Source: Diplonema japonicum
Taxonomy: Eukaryota > Protista > Euglenozoa: Diplonemea
Length of the DNA: 64,000 nucleotides
NCBI GenBank assembly: GCA_964019335.1
Contig: OZ025662.1
Span: 124,001 to 188,000, forward strand
Direction: 5' to 3'
Shown here: one piece after another, positions 20,497 through 34,243 of the stretch
Position numbering within the stretch: position 1 is the stretch's first letter
How the letters are laid out: the number at the start of each line of letters is the position of its first letter
Position numbers and translations under genes: made by a program
Notes under the pieces: model-generated
What the model saw: only the letters and a program-made list of their open reading frames with translations
What the model was told of the DNA's origin: nothing
The model's database searches: none

Positions 20497-23400
20497 TTTT
20501 TTTTTTAATAATAAATATTCCACTACCAGGCGGGAGGATCGAAGGGGAGTAGAGAAAACCAAAGGGAATGGGACATCACTTCAAACCAAGAGAGGTGTTT
20601 GAAAGTGATTCATGAAAAGCAGTCTCTGTTACTGAGCCATTGGTCGAGGGGTCCTGGTCCGCTGCTCCCTGTAGTAAATTACTTGGACCCCCTCACCACG
20701 CTCTTTTCATAATAAAATAAAACCGATCCCACCCACCAGGCAGCACCTGGGTCTCGAGGCATTAGCCGCCTCTAGTAACAAGAGACGACCTCCCAGACTT
20801 TAAGAACTTTGGAGGAGTTTCAATTGTGAAAAACTAACCAGCTGACTGTGAAACTCCACCGTCTGCTGGACTTGTTGGGCTTTCGGGAGCCAATAAATTC
20901 AATTCAATTAAGTTTCGTTCTACAGTTCTTTTTTTTTTTTTTTATATATATTCTTCTTTTTTTTTTTTTTTTTTCTTTTTTTTTTTTTTTTCTCAAAAAT
21001 AAAGGATTCAAATCAAGCTCGATCGTGTACACCGAAGCTTGAATCATCTGTCCTTCTTTTTTTCTTTTTTTTTTTCTTTTTTCTTTCTATATGAAAGGTG
21101 AGTGAAAATTTTGAATAACACTGGGGGCGGGGGTCAGGGGCCTGGTAATGGAAAATAAGGGAAGACACTGGGGAGGGAGGTGAAAAGAAAGGATAGGAGT
21201 GAAGCCAGAGTCGAGAGATTGAGTTAGAAACAATTGCTGTCTGAAGTCGTATAACAACAGTACAGCTTCAAACTCAGGATAATTTGAGAGAAAAGTATTT
21301 AAGTAAAGTTTAGTTTATAATATAATTTATAAAGGGGATTATATCTCACGGTCGGTCACAACAGGCCCTGCTGTTCCAGGAATTGTACGGTTTTCCCGGC
21401 GTCAGTTGACAGTAGGGCCTTGAGCGAAGGAAGGGAGGAACCGAAGATCTGACTTCTCTGGTCAGCTCTACCATCGTCCTGGCATTCTTTCAGGAGGTGG
21501 CTCAGCGTCTGAGGCATCGAACAAAGGTGGCATGTGACCACATCGGCCGGGGGATTGAGTAGATACCCGCTTATGAGGGGGCTCTTCCCCACTCTCAGCC
21601 TCATGATCGCAACTTCTTGTTCCCTGTTTAACTCTTCAAACTTCTCGAAATTCCCTGCGAAAAGCTCTCGGTATGTCTCCTTGACACCCGTTTTTTTCCA
21701 GAAGAGGAGGTGGTTCGCCAGTACCTTTTTTCTGACCAGTGACTTCACGATGTCTATGCTGGTCTTCTGTTCGTGGGCAACTGCCCGGCAGGTCTCCTTC
21801 GCCTTCTTGTCCGCCATCTCGTTCCATTTGAATCCGCAGTGACTTGGTACGTACTGTATGACCACTTTGTGGCCTCTCTTTACAAGTCCCGCTACCTCGT
21901 GCCACAGTTTGTACTCGTCTGCAGAGACAGCGGACAGGTGCCCCTGGCACATCCTCCTTATTACCGACTGCGAATCAGTGCAAATAAGGACCATCTCTTG
22001 GCTCGTGCCCACTCTCTTCGAGAGGTTTGTCGCGAGGTGCAGCCCCAGCTCTATGGCCCTTTGCTCGCACCTGTAGGATGACGTATAGGATCCACCGCTG
22101 ACCCCATACGAAGCTTTTCTCTCCCCTCGCAACAGTATCGCAGCAGCTCCTCCGTTCCTGCCGTCCTTCAATGACCCGTCTGTGAAGATCATGCAGAAGG
22201 CTTTTCCGTGCTTCTCGATAAGCCCGTTCAGAGTGTCCTCTGTTGCTTTCCTTCTGACTTCACTGGTGTCCGATCTCCTCACATGTATGTCGAGGAAGGG
22301 GGCCAGTATCAGTTTACCCTCGAATCTCTGCCAAGGTGTAACTCTGTACTTCTTCTCAAAGGCATAACCTGAGAATGGTGTTGCCGCTCTCTCTGGGAGC
22401 TTGTAGGCCCTGGCTGCTTCCCTTTGTCGATCTGACCATGTTTTCTTCGGGAACAGTACCTCGTATCTGGTCAGATCCTTCAGGGGTTGTGTAGCTTGAA
22501 AGGCAGCTGTGTTCTCCTTCCTAATGATGGACTCGTACAGCAGTAAACTGTCGTGTTCGATCAGCGCATCGAGTGTCCACAAGCCAGCCTCGTTTAGTGT
22601 AGCGAATGTCTCTGATGTCGCTACACATCCTGTGATCGTTAAAGCTGCCCGGTACTGCAGCTTCTGGATTCCTTCGTGGTACGTGCCCCTCCCGCCTATC
22701 ACGAAAGGTCCGTACGCCCCCAGACAGTAACGGAAAACTGGCTGTACGTACGTGAGGTAGAGTGCCCTCATTACCACTTTCTTGCAACCCCACTTCGTCC
22801 CTGCCAGTCTTCTCAGTAGCGCCCATCACAGCGTCAATTCCCTCCTTTGCGAAAATCGCTGACAGGTCGTCCATGTATATTGAGAAGAGGGTCGGAGCCA
22901 GGATTGTCCCCTGTGGAACCCCTCCTTTTATCTGCCTTTGTTTCCCTATCTTGCCGTCCACCTTGACGGCTGCAACCCTTTGGTCCAGGAAGGCAGCGAC
23001 CCAGTTCGTTATCCTCTGCGGGTACTTGCTGTATCTCAGCTTTGCGTTCAGGCCTTTATGCCAGACTGTATCAAAAGCCCCTTTCAGGTCAAAGAGCAGG
23101 AGACCCCCGCAGAACTCGTCTCCTCTGATGCGATCTAGTTTCGTTGTAACCTGCAAGACGTTCTCTTCAGTGGAACGCCCCTTCCTGAAACCTGACTGCA
23201 TTTTGTGAACCTTCTTTACATCGCCCACGTCTTGGTGGTAGTCGATCCTGATCTTCACTATCCTCTCCATTGTCTTTGAAATTCCCGAGGTTAATGAGAT
23301 CGGCCTGTACGATGCCGGTTCGCTCTTCAGCTTTCCTTTGCCTTTGAAGAGCGGGACGATGTGTGTGTATTTCCAATCCGACGGAACTACACCCTTCTCC

Positions 23401-26152
23401 CACGACATATTGAAGAGATGCAGCATCGCGTCCAGGGCCGTTTCCCCGAGGTGCTTTAACATCTCGTTGTACACACCGTCAGGGCCTGGGGACTTCCCCT
23501 TTTTAAGTTGCCTCAGTGCGTACTTCAATTCGTCGATGCTTATATCGGGGCACTCGGTCCTGTTATTCCGACCACCGTTTTCCTTGGTTAGTCGTTCTAC
23601 TCTTTCCAGCATTCTCTTGGTGTCCTTGTTCAGTTACAGTGCAAATGCCTCCGCGTAGTGGTCCACCAGTGCGTCTGCCTTCTCTGTCGCTGTGGTGTGT
23701 AATCTTTCACCAGCCATCAGCGGCGCCACAGGTTCTTTGCCCTTCCTACCATCGAGCGTCTTTATCGTCCTGAAAGCATGCCCCAGGTCTTTCTTCTGTG
23801 ACAATTCCTTCGTGTACTCAGCCCACGCTCTTTTCTTTCCTACGACGATTTGTTCCTGCACTTGTCGGCTGATTTCTCCGAGTCTTTCGCACTGTTCAGT
23901 CGAGGGGATGCCAATGTCTGACATTATCTCCTTTTTCAGAGCGTTCCGCTGAGCAACTAACTGCGTTAGTTCTTCTGTCCACCACGCTTTCCCACCTCTT
24001 GCTCCACCTCTCGGTATGAAGAGCCTGGCGGCTTCTTTGATCGCGTTCGTGAACTGTTTGTTCAATTTCACGGGGTCACCTGTTCTCTGCAGGTGCCTTA
24101 GGGCGTGCTCAAGATAATCCCTGAAGCCAGCCCAATCCGCTTTTTTGAAGCAGAATCTCCTTTCTGTCGTCTTGACTTCAAACTTGGTTCTGATTTCGAT
24201 GGACATGGGAATGTGGTCGGAACCCCATGACTCTAGGGTTGTCCAGGATGTAGATTCCATGTCAGGTCCGCTTATAACCAAGTCTGGCGAGGATAGTGTC
24301 CCTCTTGTGTTAAGGAGTGTGGGCTTATATCTGTCGTTCCAGGGTCTCATCCCTTTATCGACCATCCACGCTGCGATTTTGCTTCCTATAGGGTCTTCTT
24401 TTTTCTTCCTTCCATCCCACAGTGGGTGATGGGCGTTGAAGTCCCCCATGATCAGGGTATTGTCTCCAGTAGGAAGTGAGTACGGGTTGAAGTATGAGTC
24501 GATGGCAGGTCTGTCATCGCTGGGATCTGACGGTGATGTCGGTGGGAGGTAAATGTTCACTAGGAGAATCTCTTTCTGTCCCGGTGGGTAGATCTTCACG
24601 TCCAGCCTCTCTGTCACGTCCCTGCTCTCCTTCGCTGAAACCCTGCTGGCGCTGATGCCTTCCTTCACGAGTGTCAACAAGCCGCCGCCCTTAATGGGAA
24701 ATCCTCTTCTTCTCGGCCTCGTCCTGTCCCTCCGAAAGGCTTTGTACCCGTCGAACCATCCATGCATGTCATCGTCTGATGTAAGGTGTGTCTCTTGGAG
24801 ACACAGGATGTCCGGCGCCATTTCATCGATAGCCCTCTCTATTTCGGCCTTCCTAGCTCTGAGGGACCTTACGTTGAGTGAGACTATCTTGAGCCACCCG
24901 TTCCTCACCCCACCAACGGCTGGCCCCGGGTTTTGTTCGACGTCGCCGCATCTCAAGATATCCATCCCATGTGGTCCGGATCTTCTCTTCTTCATTGAAG
25001 CGGCCGTCGAAGGTCGGTACTGCAAGAACAACGCACTGCCTATGTGGTCACCCCTACCTTCAGGTCTTCGAAGATAGGGTTGTACGACTTGGGGGGGGCC
25101 GGCCCTAACAGACCTCTCGTCGCCACCACTAACGCCTTGTCCCCCGTGGACACCCTCGGTTGGGGCCGGCCAGGATTCGACCGCGGGAAGTAGCCAAGTC
25201 GTACATACTTCTCTTGTGCAAAGTGCTTGTGTTGTTCTGCAGACTTCTTGTTGTTGTTGTTGTTTTTGTTGCTGTTGTTGTCCTCCTTTTTTCTTTTGAC
25301 AACTTTTTTTCTTTTGGTTTTTCTTTTTTTTTTTTTGATGTTGTTTTTTTTTTTTTTTTAGCTCGTTTATGTTCTTTATGTTTTTTTTTTTTTTTTTTTG
25401 TTTGTTTTTTTTTTTTAATTAAAGCTGTTGCTGTTGCATCTGCAGTTGTTGTTGCAGCACCTGCTGCTGTCCCCGTAGCTCTTCCAGAACCTTTAAGTGT
25501 TCTGGGTTCTGCTGTTGTTGAGGATCTCTCGACTTTAGGGCGGAAGGAGGAGGTGGAGCCCTTCTTTGTTTCCATTCCTCGACAGCCTCCTTGTAGAGGC
25601 TCCACCCCGTCTTTTCCCTGTAGTGGGCTAAGAATCCATCTACCGAGTACCTGTTGAGGCGGCTTTTTTTTGTTTTCTTTCCGCCCTTCCCTTTCCACTT
25701 TTTTTCCTCTCTTGCCTCGAGGGGGTCCACCACCTTGACGGCAGGTAGTAGCGTCGCTATCTGGCCGTTCACCTTCGTTTGGGTGTGTTTTGGTGGGGTG
25801 GCGGCGGAGAAAAGTAAAAAGACGGCATTTGCCGTCTTCAGGATGACGGCCTTTTCCGTCTCTCCTGCTATCGTTGCGGCGAGAATCTCTGCCGCTCCCT
25901 CCCCGTCGACCTTCTTCGGCAAGGGGCCCATGACCCAGTTCCCTGGACGCCCCTTCCCTTCTTCCTTCTCCTCCTTCTTCTCGAGGTCCAGATTTAACTC
26001 TGGAACCTCCTCCGCGGCTGCTTCGTCGACTTGCATCTGCAAGCTGTCCAGTGGGGGCCTCGTGGAGGCGTCCGCGTTGGTCTGGTCCATTTTTGTAAAT
26101 TTTTTTTTTTTTTTTAAATTTGTTTTTAATGTGTCGCAGACCCCCCACCCCA
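20497..26152 (-). mobile_element. Second B' copy (inverted); ORF1 25419-26090, ribozyme 26013-26149, structured RNA 25045-25204, ORF2 pseudogene ending 21356
   Basis: Reverse complement of 12351-17998 with the same stop and deletion. Its poly(A) ends at TAGTG|GGGCGTT of the tRNA. Confidence 0.92.
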
Positions 26153-29029
26153 TTTTTTTTTTTTTTTTTTTTCAAAATACCAATGCAGGGCCGCCATGGA
26201 GAGCAACACCTGAGAAAAGGGAAAAAAAAGGTGAGGGGAAACCATGGGGAAATAGGGAGGGCAATGGACCAGGCTTCTGCAAGCAGGAGGAGCCCTGGTC
26301 CCCCACCAACCCGTGCTCTGCTTTGGGACAGCCGAAGAGGGCTGAATTACATTATTCCCTCAGTCAAGTGAGAGAAAAACGGGGGCCTACCTTCCAGCTG
26401 GATGTCCTTCTTTGGCTGGAACCTCCGGCGGAAAGCCCCCCAGGGAGGTATTGCTCCTATTGAGCGAATCATTGGTGAGTGTGAAAATAAAAAAAAGGGG
26501 AAATGGGAAACAGTGAGAGGAAGGTGAAGGAAGGGAAAGGAAAGTGGAAAACACAACATTTCACTTTACACACACGCGGGCGATCCCTTAGCGCAGCACG
26601 GGGGCCGCGGGACCGGCGTCAAGAGAGACCGGAGGAGGGGGCGGCACGTTTGAAGGTGCAGTGACGTCTGTAGACGCCAGGGATGATGGCGAGGTGAACA
26701 GTCCGGAGCGTGACCAGGCGAGCAGGCCAGACTCAACAACGAGGTCGTAGATCTGGGTCACGCGTCTCGACAGGGAGAAGGCTAGGGAGGGAGTACCAGC
26801 AGGAGTGTCGATCGCCCCCCTCCCGATCACAGGGCACCCACCGACAACATGCTCCCTGGACATCGGTGCTGCGTGGCAGGCTGGGCACCGGAGCACACCC
26901 TTGTGCTTCCTGTTCGGGCCAGCAGTCTGCAGGAAGCCGAAGAAGAGAGCCGAGTGACCAATCCGCAGCCGCGAGATGACCGTTTCAGCTTGTCTGGGGA
27001 AGCCAAGGGGGAAGTGCGCGGACCGAAGCTCGGTCGCCACCGCGTAGTTGTGGGCGAGGGATGTTATGAGCTCCGCGGACCTCCGCACCACCCACCGTCG
27101 CACCAGGGCCCTCACTGATCGGTAGTCAAGGGAGGGCCTGTCCTGCTTCCGCTTCGTTCCCTCCCCGGCCAGAGCGTCAGCCTTCTCGTTCCCGTCCACC
27201 CCACAGTGGGAGGGCACAAACTGGAGGACCACCGGTGTCCCCTGCGTGCGCGCCGCGGTCACCAGCCGGCTCCACGTCTGGTGGTCGAGCTTCTCCCTCT
27301 GTCGCGTTGGGCCAGCTCGCAGCTGCTCGACGAGGGAGAGGGAGTCGGTGCAGATCGACAGCGGGGACTTCGCCAGCGAAGGGTGTGTTTTTCGGAGGGT
27401 AGCCACCATATCCAGCGCCGTTTTCACAGCCATGCCCTCTGCCCGAAAAGATGAACAGAAGTCGTTGACGCCATGGCACACAGACACAGGGGTCAGGGGG
27501 GGAGGCAGCTGCAGATAAACCCCAGAGCCACCTTTCGCCTTCTGTCCGACCTGTACAACCGAGCCATCCGTGTAGGCATGGATGCCCGGGGGGAGAGCCG
27601 CAAGAGCAGCCTCGGCCGCCTTCCGCCTGTCCGCGTCTGGCGACGATCGCGTGACCCCGCCGGGGAGGTCAGTCCTGAAGTCGACCATGCCTGTCTGCCA
27701 CGGGGCCGCCAGGGGCGTAGCCGACAGGTACTCGAAGTGCACCTTTGGTTCCAACCCGCATCGACGCAGTGCTTGGTAGCCAGAGCGCAGCCACCCACAC
27801 CCCAGCCTGTTCGCCTGCTTCAGCTTGACCGTCTCCCTGTGAACCGGGGAGGACTGCCAGCAGAAGGCCTTCGCCGTCATCGTCGCCGCAGCACCCTCAG
27901 CCATTCTTTCGAGGGGAAGCAGTCCTGCCTCTGCTAGGAGCTTGTACCCTCCGGAGCCACTCCAGCAGCCCGTGATCAGCACCGCCGCCTCCTGGTGAAG
28001 CCCAGCCAGGTCCTTCCTCCCGACATCATCGAGCCTGCTGTAGTAGACCCCCATGCAGTAGCGCAGCAGCGGGAGGATGTACGTAACGTAGAGAGACCGC
28101 AGAGTGTCCCTCTTGCTGCCCCAGGACGTGCCGGACAAGAGCTTCAGCACCCTCAGCCTTTTGCTGGCCCGCCGTAGGATGTCCTGTGCGTGTTCACCGA
28201 ACGTGAGCCCAGAGTCCACCGTAACCCCAAGGTACCTCGCGTGTTCAGACAGAGGCAGGGGACGGGCCGCAACGTAGTCCACGTTGGGCCGTCGCACGGC
28301 TGCATGCATGTCCCGCACGCAGCGGATCCGCACACCACCCGCCTCCACAACCTGAAGGCCCGCCAGCTCCTGGTCCCCGGAGATCGTGCCATCGGCGTTC
28401 ACCCCCAGGCCGAAGAGTGGGTTCTGGAAGGCACCTGGCTGAAGGGGGACTCGTGACGAAGTGAAGTAGACCCCGAGACGTTTCTGGGGGGGGGACGCAC
28501 ACTGCCTGCGTCTTGGACGTGCTCAGCAGCATGTCACGCTCCCTGCACCAGTCCTCAACCGCATCCACCACTGCCTGCGCCTTCCGCTCCAGCCCAGCCA
28601 CGTCCAGCCACGTCCCCTTGTCCAGAGGAGATCACGACCGCCACGTCGTCGGCGTAGAGCACCGAGACGTCCGCCAGTCCCTCCAGTCTCCTGGCGAGTT
28701 CGTCGACGTAGATGGTGTACAGGATGGGACCCAAGACAGAGCCCTGGGGGACACCCCGTCTCACCTTTGTCGTTGACCCCCTCGACCGTCCAATCGTGAC
28801 CGCAGCAGTACGGCCGCATAGAAAGGACCGCGTCCACTCCACGAAGGGTTCGGGGAGACCCTTCCCTCGCATCTTGTCCAGCAGGGCACCATGGGGCACC
28901 AGGTCGAAGGCAGAAGAGGAGCATCTCCGAGAAGATTCCGTCTTCCCCGGCCGCGCTGCGCGTCTTCATCCTTCTCAGGCCGCGGGTGAGGTCGTCCACG
29001 GTGAACGCTTGACACCCGAGTCTGCTTGC
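26153..29029 (-). mobile_element. 5'-truncated, internally deleted family A copy
   Basis: Starts at the position equivalent to ~1137. Deletion junction near 28918 (GAGATGCTCCT|CTTCTGCC). Same 9-C frameshift as the 9931 copy. Confidence 0.9.
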
Positions 29030-29068
29030 TATACGCCCGACTATTTTTTTTTTTTATACGCCCCACTA
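29028..29068 (-). repeat. Two target-site remnants TAGTGGGGCGTAT and TAGTCGGGCGTATAGC separated by poly(A)
   Basis: Both match the tRNA-Ala 5' flank and first bases (TAGTGGGGCGTTTAGC) with 1-2 mismatches, and both lie at element junctions. Confidence 0.8.
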
Positions 29069-29927
29069 TTTTTTTTTTAATAATAATAATAATAATATTA
29101 TTTGTTCCACTGCCAGTGGGGGAGACAAAAGGTGGAGAGAAGATAAAGAGGTTTGAAACATCAAAAGTCTGTGTTGCACAGGGTGACATAATTGTGCCTG
29201 GCAAATCACAGGGTGAAGCAAGACGGTATTCAGTAAGGGGAGTGTGTGTATACTTCCTTTCAGATATTCGTTCCATTCTTTCTTGGTCAAAATCTTCTCC
29301 TTTTGTATCGCCTATGGCGCAGTCAGTCTGCCTCTTGGCCCCCTAGTACATTCCTTCGACTGTCCTGCCCATGGCCACCTTTTTTCCTTCCCCCTGGTAG
29401 CGCATCCCCCTCAATAGGAAGGATCGTCTTAAGGATTTCGGGGCGACTCTTGCCTTCGACCGGCCACGAGCCGTCCCCATGCCGGTTTTTGTTTGTCGTT
29501 GGGGCTTGAATAGTTTTTCTTTCTTTCTGTTGTTTATTTATATAGTTTTTTTTTCTTTTTTTTTTATTTTTTTTTTCTTTTTAATTTTTATTTTTTTTTT
29601 CTTTTCAATACACTGTACCGTCTTAAAAGGAGGGAGGGGTTTTTTGGCAGGGAACGAAAATACACTAGGGGAGGGGAGTGAAGGGAGGATTGTTCGAAGC
29701 ACTATTTATTCCTTTTTTTCTTTTTTCTTTTTTTTTTTTCTTTTTTTTCTCTCATTCATTTCATTTCTTTTCTTTTTTCCTTACTCAACACCTTACTTGT
29801 CTCGCTCATGAGCCTAATGCTTTTAATAGAGGAAACTCTACCATCCCACGTAAAATAAAATTTATCTTTCAAAAAATGTTTTTTAAAAATGTTTTAAAAA
29901 TGTCTTAATTTATCTCATGGTCACCCC

Positions 29928-32900
29928 CTACAGCAAGCCAATCTCTTTCAAGAAAGACTCAACTCTAGGGGATTCATCGGTCAGGAGTTCGGTGATGGAG
30001 TGCGAACCCAGGTGCCTCGCCCTCTCCACCTCGGTCCCCCTGCACTCACTCAGAAGATGCGTGAGGTTTTGCACCTCTCCACAGAAAGTGCATTTCACGT
30101 CCACCTCCCTCGCCCCTTCGCGTCTCAGGTATCCCCTGGTGAGCTCGGACTGGCCAGCACGGAGCCTCATTTCCTGTATCTCACCCCTTCTCGAGGCCAA
30201 GCCTCTCAAAGAGTGAAATCGGCCTCCAGTACGTTCTCTGTATGCCTTGTCCTTCCCACTGTCCTCCCACAGTTCCCTCCACTCTTTGTAGATCATTCTC
30301 TTAACGCAGGACTTTGTTGTTCTGTAGTCCGTCAGAGAATAGTGAGTGCCAGCCGTTGTGTGTTCCTTAGCAGCCTTAGAAGCAGCCTCATCCGCTCTCT
30401 CGTTGCCCTCGACACCTACGTGGGCAGGGATGTACTGTATCGTCACCGACAGATTTCTGTCATTCAGTATCCTGATATGCTGCCAGATGAATACCTCGTC
30501 ACAGTAGGTTGCTGACTGAGGGCCTTTTTGTAGGCTCAGGATCAGTGATTGAGAATCAGTGAGCAGTATTAAAGGGATGGTCTTTTTCGTCCGGATGACT
30601 TTCTTCGTCGCCACTGCCGCACCTCTCAAGCCCAGCAGCAATGCTTTGGTTTCCGCTCTGAAAGAGCTGCAGTACTCACCTGCAGACCCCTTCACCACTT
30701 CCTCTTTTCCCCTCACCCTCATCACTGCTGCCGCTCCCCCTCTCCTGTTGTTGGGCGAGGAGCCGTCGGTGTAAATCCTCATGGAATCCTTCGGGAGTGC
30801 TGCGATCGTCCTCAGCGCCACTTCTAGCCTTTTTTCCTTCGGGTCCGAGCGTCTGCTGTCTTCGATCAGATAGGGTCTCAGATCCAACATCAGGTCACGC
30901 CAGGGGGGGATCATGTGGTCTGCTTTAATGGGCGATGGGCCTACCGGGGTGCATTCCCTCTGCGGAGGGTCCAGGTTCTTTGCATCCCTCCTCATCCTCC
31001 CTGCCCAGGTGTCCTCGTCGAGCTCCTCAGCAAGTGCAGCAACACACCCCACTGTGTTGGACTTCCGTATGCATTCCTTGTACAACAGCAGGGTGTCCGT
31101 CTTGACTACTGTGTCCAATTGTTGTAGTCCTGCCTCTACCACTGCTATATGTTTGGAGATCTTCCCAGGGAGCCCTGTGATAAATCTCGCCGCCGTTTCA
31201 TGTAGTTCGTTCAGGTCGTCAAAAAGGTCCTTCCGCAGCGACTTGCCGTAGACCCCCAGGCCGTATCTAGTCAGTGGGAACACGTACGTTAGGTAGATCG
31301 CTCTGAGCATGTCCCTTCTCAACCCACCCTTCTTGCTGGACAGTCTGTACAAGTATCCCAAGCGCCTACACGTCTTGTTTTTGACTTCACCCACGTGAGC
31401 CTCGAAGGACGCGTTAGCGTCTAGCGTGACCCCCAGGTACTTCGCCTTGTCTACCTGTTTCAATCCTGTCCCGTCTCCGAAAGATACCTTCAGTTTCCTC
31501 GAGACTCCGTTGCAAAGGATGTTCGATTTTTCGGGTGCCAGCTGCATCGACCACCTCTCAGCCCACTGTTCCACCAAGTCAACAATCAGTTGTGCCTTTT
31601 TCTCGACCTCCTTGTCCTTCTTGCCTTCGACCACGACCATGATGTCATCTGCATACGTGCAAGCACAAATGCCTCGTTCTTCTAGCACTCTGGTCAGGTC
31701 ATCCACATAGATGGTAAAGAGTAGGGGTGCCAGGACAGTTCCTTGAGGGACTCCCCCCTTAAACTCCCTGGAGACCCCATGTGTGCCTTCCACCTCCACC
31801 GCCACTTTTCTCTTGCTGAGGTAGCTCTTTACCCATCTTGTGTATTCTTCGGGATATCCGTTATTCTCCATCTTTGCTATGAGTCCCTCATGCCACACCG
31901 TGTCGAAGGCCCCCTTAAGGTCCAGAAAGAGCAGACCTCCCCTTTTCCCCGTGTTGTTGTATTTGAAACCCTGTAGAGTTTTCGCAGCGAAGAGTATGTT
32001 CTCTGTGGTTGATCGGCCTCTCATGAAGCCGGATTGTGTCCAGTGTGGTGGGGTTACCTTCCTGGTCTCTTGAAGGTAGACCATCCTGCTTCTCACCACC
32101 CTCTCCATGGCTTTCGCGATGTTGCTCGTCAGGGATATGGGCCTGTAGGAGTCGGCTCTGCTCGGGTCTTTGTTGGGTTTCCTGAGTGGTCTGATTGTTG
32201 TTCTCTTCCACTCCGACGGGACCTTCCCTTCCTTCCAAGAGAGATTGAAGAGATGTTTCAGAACTTCCACTCCTTTTGGCCCCATTTTTTTGAGATATTC
32301 GTTGTAGATGCCGTCGGGTCCCGGGGTTTTTCGTTTCTTTAGCTTCGCGATCTCGCCCAGCACCTCACTCGTCGTGACTGCTTCTGCTTGTTCTTGCTGG
32401 GTCTCTCTTCACCTCGTTTTTTAGGGATTCCAGAGCTTCTCTAGAGGATTGTCCTATTTTCGGTGTACATTTTGCTGCGTAGTGTTCACACAAGGCTGTT
32501 GCTTTCGCCTTGTTACTTGCGTATCTTGTACCGTTCTCCCTGAGAACCGAGACTCCGGGTTTCGTTGCACTCCCGTCAAGCTGCCTTATGAAAGCGAAAG
32601 TGTCTTTGGACGTTTTCTTCCTTCCCAGTTCATCCAGGAAATCTTCGTCCCTCTTTTGTTTAGAGGCTTGTATTAACTCCCTTGTCTCTTTCTGGAGTAA
32701 CCTCACCTCCGCTAAGGCAACCGGATCGTCCTCGCCCTTGCTTACGTACTCCCTTAGTTTGGTGTTCCTTTCCTTTACCTTGCTGTCTATCTCAGGAGTC
32801 CACCACGCCTTAGCAGGTTTCGGCCCTTTTCTAGGTATGCTCTCCCTAGAAGCTGCCATGAGCAGGTCGATGAGTCCCTTACTCACCACCTCCACGTCCT

Positions 32901-33790
32901 TGCTCTTTAGAAGGCATGATGTCCTCTCTTCTACGATAGTCCTGAATTTGCCCCAGTCAGCTTTTTCCCATACCAGCTTCTGGGGCGGTTTTTTCCTTCC
33001 TTCCTTTTGTTGCTGTCCCACTTCCCATTCGTAGAACATGGGAAAGTGGTCGGAACCTATTGAGTCCAGTACCCTCCACGAGCCTGGGTCATACCCCGCG
33101 TCCGTTATCATTATGTCGGTCGTGGTGAAGGTTCCTCTCGTTGAGAAGTGTGTGGGGCACTTTGGTCTGTTGAGTGGCAGCATGTTCGTCCTGACCATCC
33201 ATTTCTCCAGTTCACCACCCTTCAGGTCACTGTTCTTAGCGGTACTGTCCCACATGTCAGAGTGCGCGTTGAAATCACCCGATATCAGCACATCCTGACC
33301 AGAAGGGAGATTGGAGACTGCCAAGTCGCCTTTGACTTTCGTGGACGATGGGGGGCGGTAGATGTTGACCAAGAGCAGTTTTCTTGTTTCGGTGAGTTGT
33401 ACGGATACGTCCAGTCTTTCCGTCCTGTCATCACGTTCTCCTATGAACGTCTGCTCAGCATCCAGGTCTCTCCTGACCGCCGTCACCAGACCACCTCCCC
33501 TCTTCACCTCCCCGTCCTCGTTTAGCACCACCCTGTCTCTCCTGACAGGTTGAAGCCCGGTAGTTCGATTTCATCCTCGTTCTTAGCCATGATTCCTGTA
33601 TCATAACCACATCAAGCTCGAGTTCTTCTCTACTTTTCTCGAGCTCCACCATTTTCCCTCTCACCGAGTGTGCATTCACCGACAACACTCTCAGCTTCGG
33701 GTTGCGTGGCTGATCAGTCTTTATTTTCATGTTAGGACCGGGGTTACTCTCGACGTCTCCGCAGCTTAGGATATCCATTCCATGTGGTCC
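29928..33790 (-). pseudogene. Family C ORF2 (2A-APE-RT-RH-CCHC) split by two frameshifts (~33570, ~32365)
   Basis: GDVESNPGP, SVNAHS, IQES, GDFNAH, GSDH, YRPISL, YADD, YTDGS, IPAHVG..NERAD and CTFC..H..C spread over three ORFs. The frameshifts could be assembly errors. Confidence 0.85.
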
Positions 33791-33836
33791 TGTTCCTCCT
33801 CGTCGTCTGTTCGTGCTCTTGCTTGACTTACCGTAT

Positions 33837-33996
33837 TGGTCACCCCCGCACCCCGGGTTTCGGATGAAGGGTCGTACTACTTGGGGGGGGCCGGCCATAA
33901 CTGACCTATCATCGCCGCCACTAACGCCTTGTCTCGCTTGGACACCCCCGTTCGGGGCCGGCCAGGATTTAGTCGCGTGTTGTAGCCAAGTAGTAC
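33837..33996 (-). ncRNA. Conserved structured RNA upstream of ORF2 (copy in C)
   Basis: Closing stem GUACUACUUGG/CCAAGUAGUAC, a compensatory G-C to U-A change relative to B and B'. Confidence 0.75.
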
Positions 33997-34243
33997 CACG
34001 TCCTCGTCTTCGCTTTCTTCTTCCTTGCTTTCCGCCGTTGTTTTGTTCTCTTCGTTTATTGTTCACTCTTTTGTTTGTGGGGTTGCCTTTTCTTTTTCCC
34101 CTTTCTTGGGCTTTGGCTTTTTTTTTTTTTAAAATCTTTTTTTTGCCCTTTTCTTTTAAGTTCTTTTGGTTGATGCAACACTTTCTTTTTTTTTTTAATC
34201 TTTTTATTTAGTTTTCTGACCTTCACTAAAATCAGGTCTTTCG

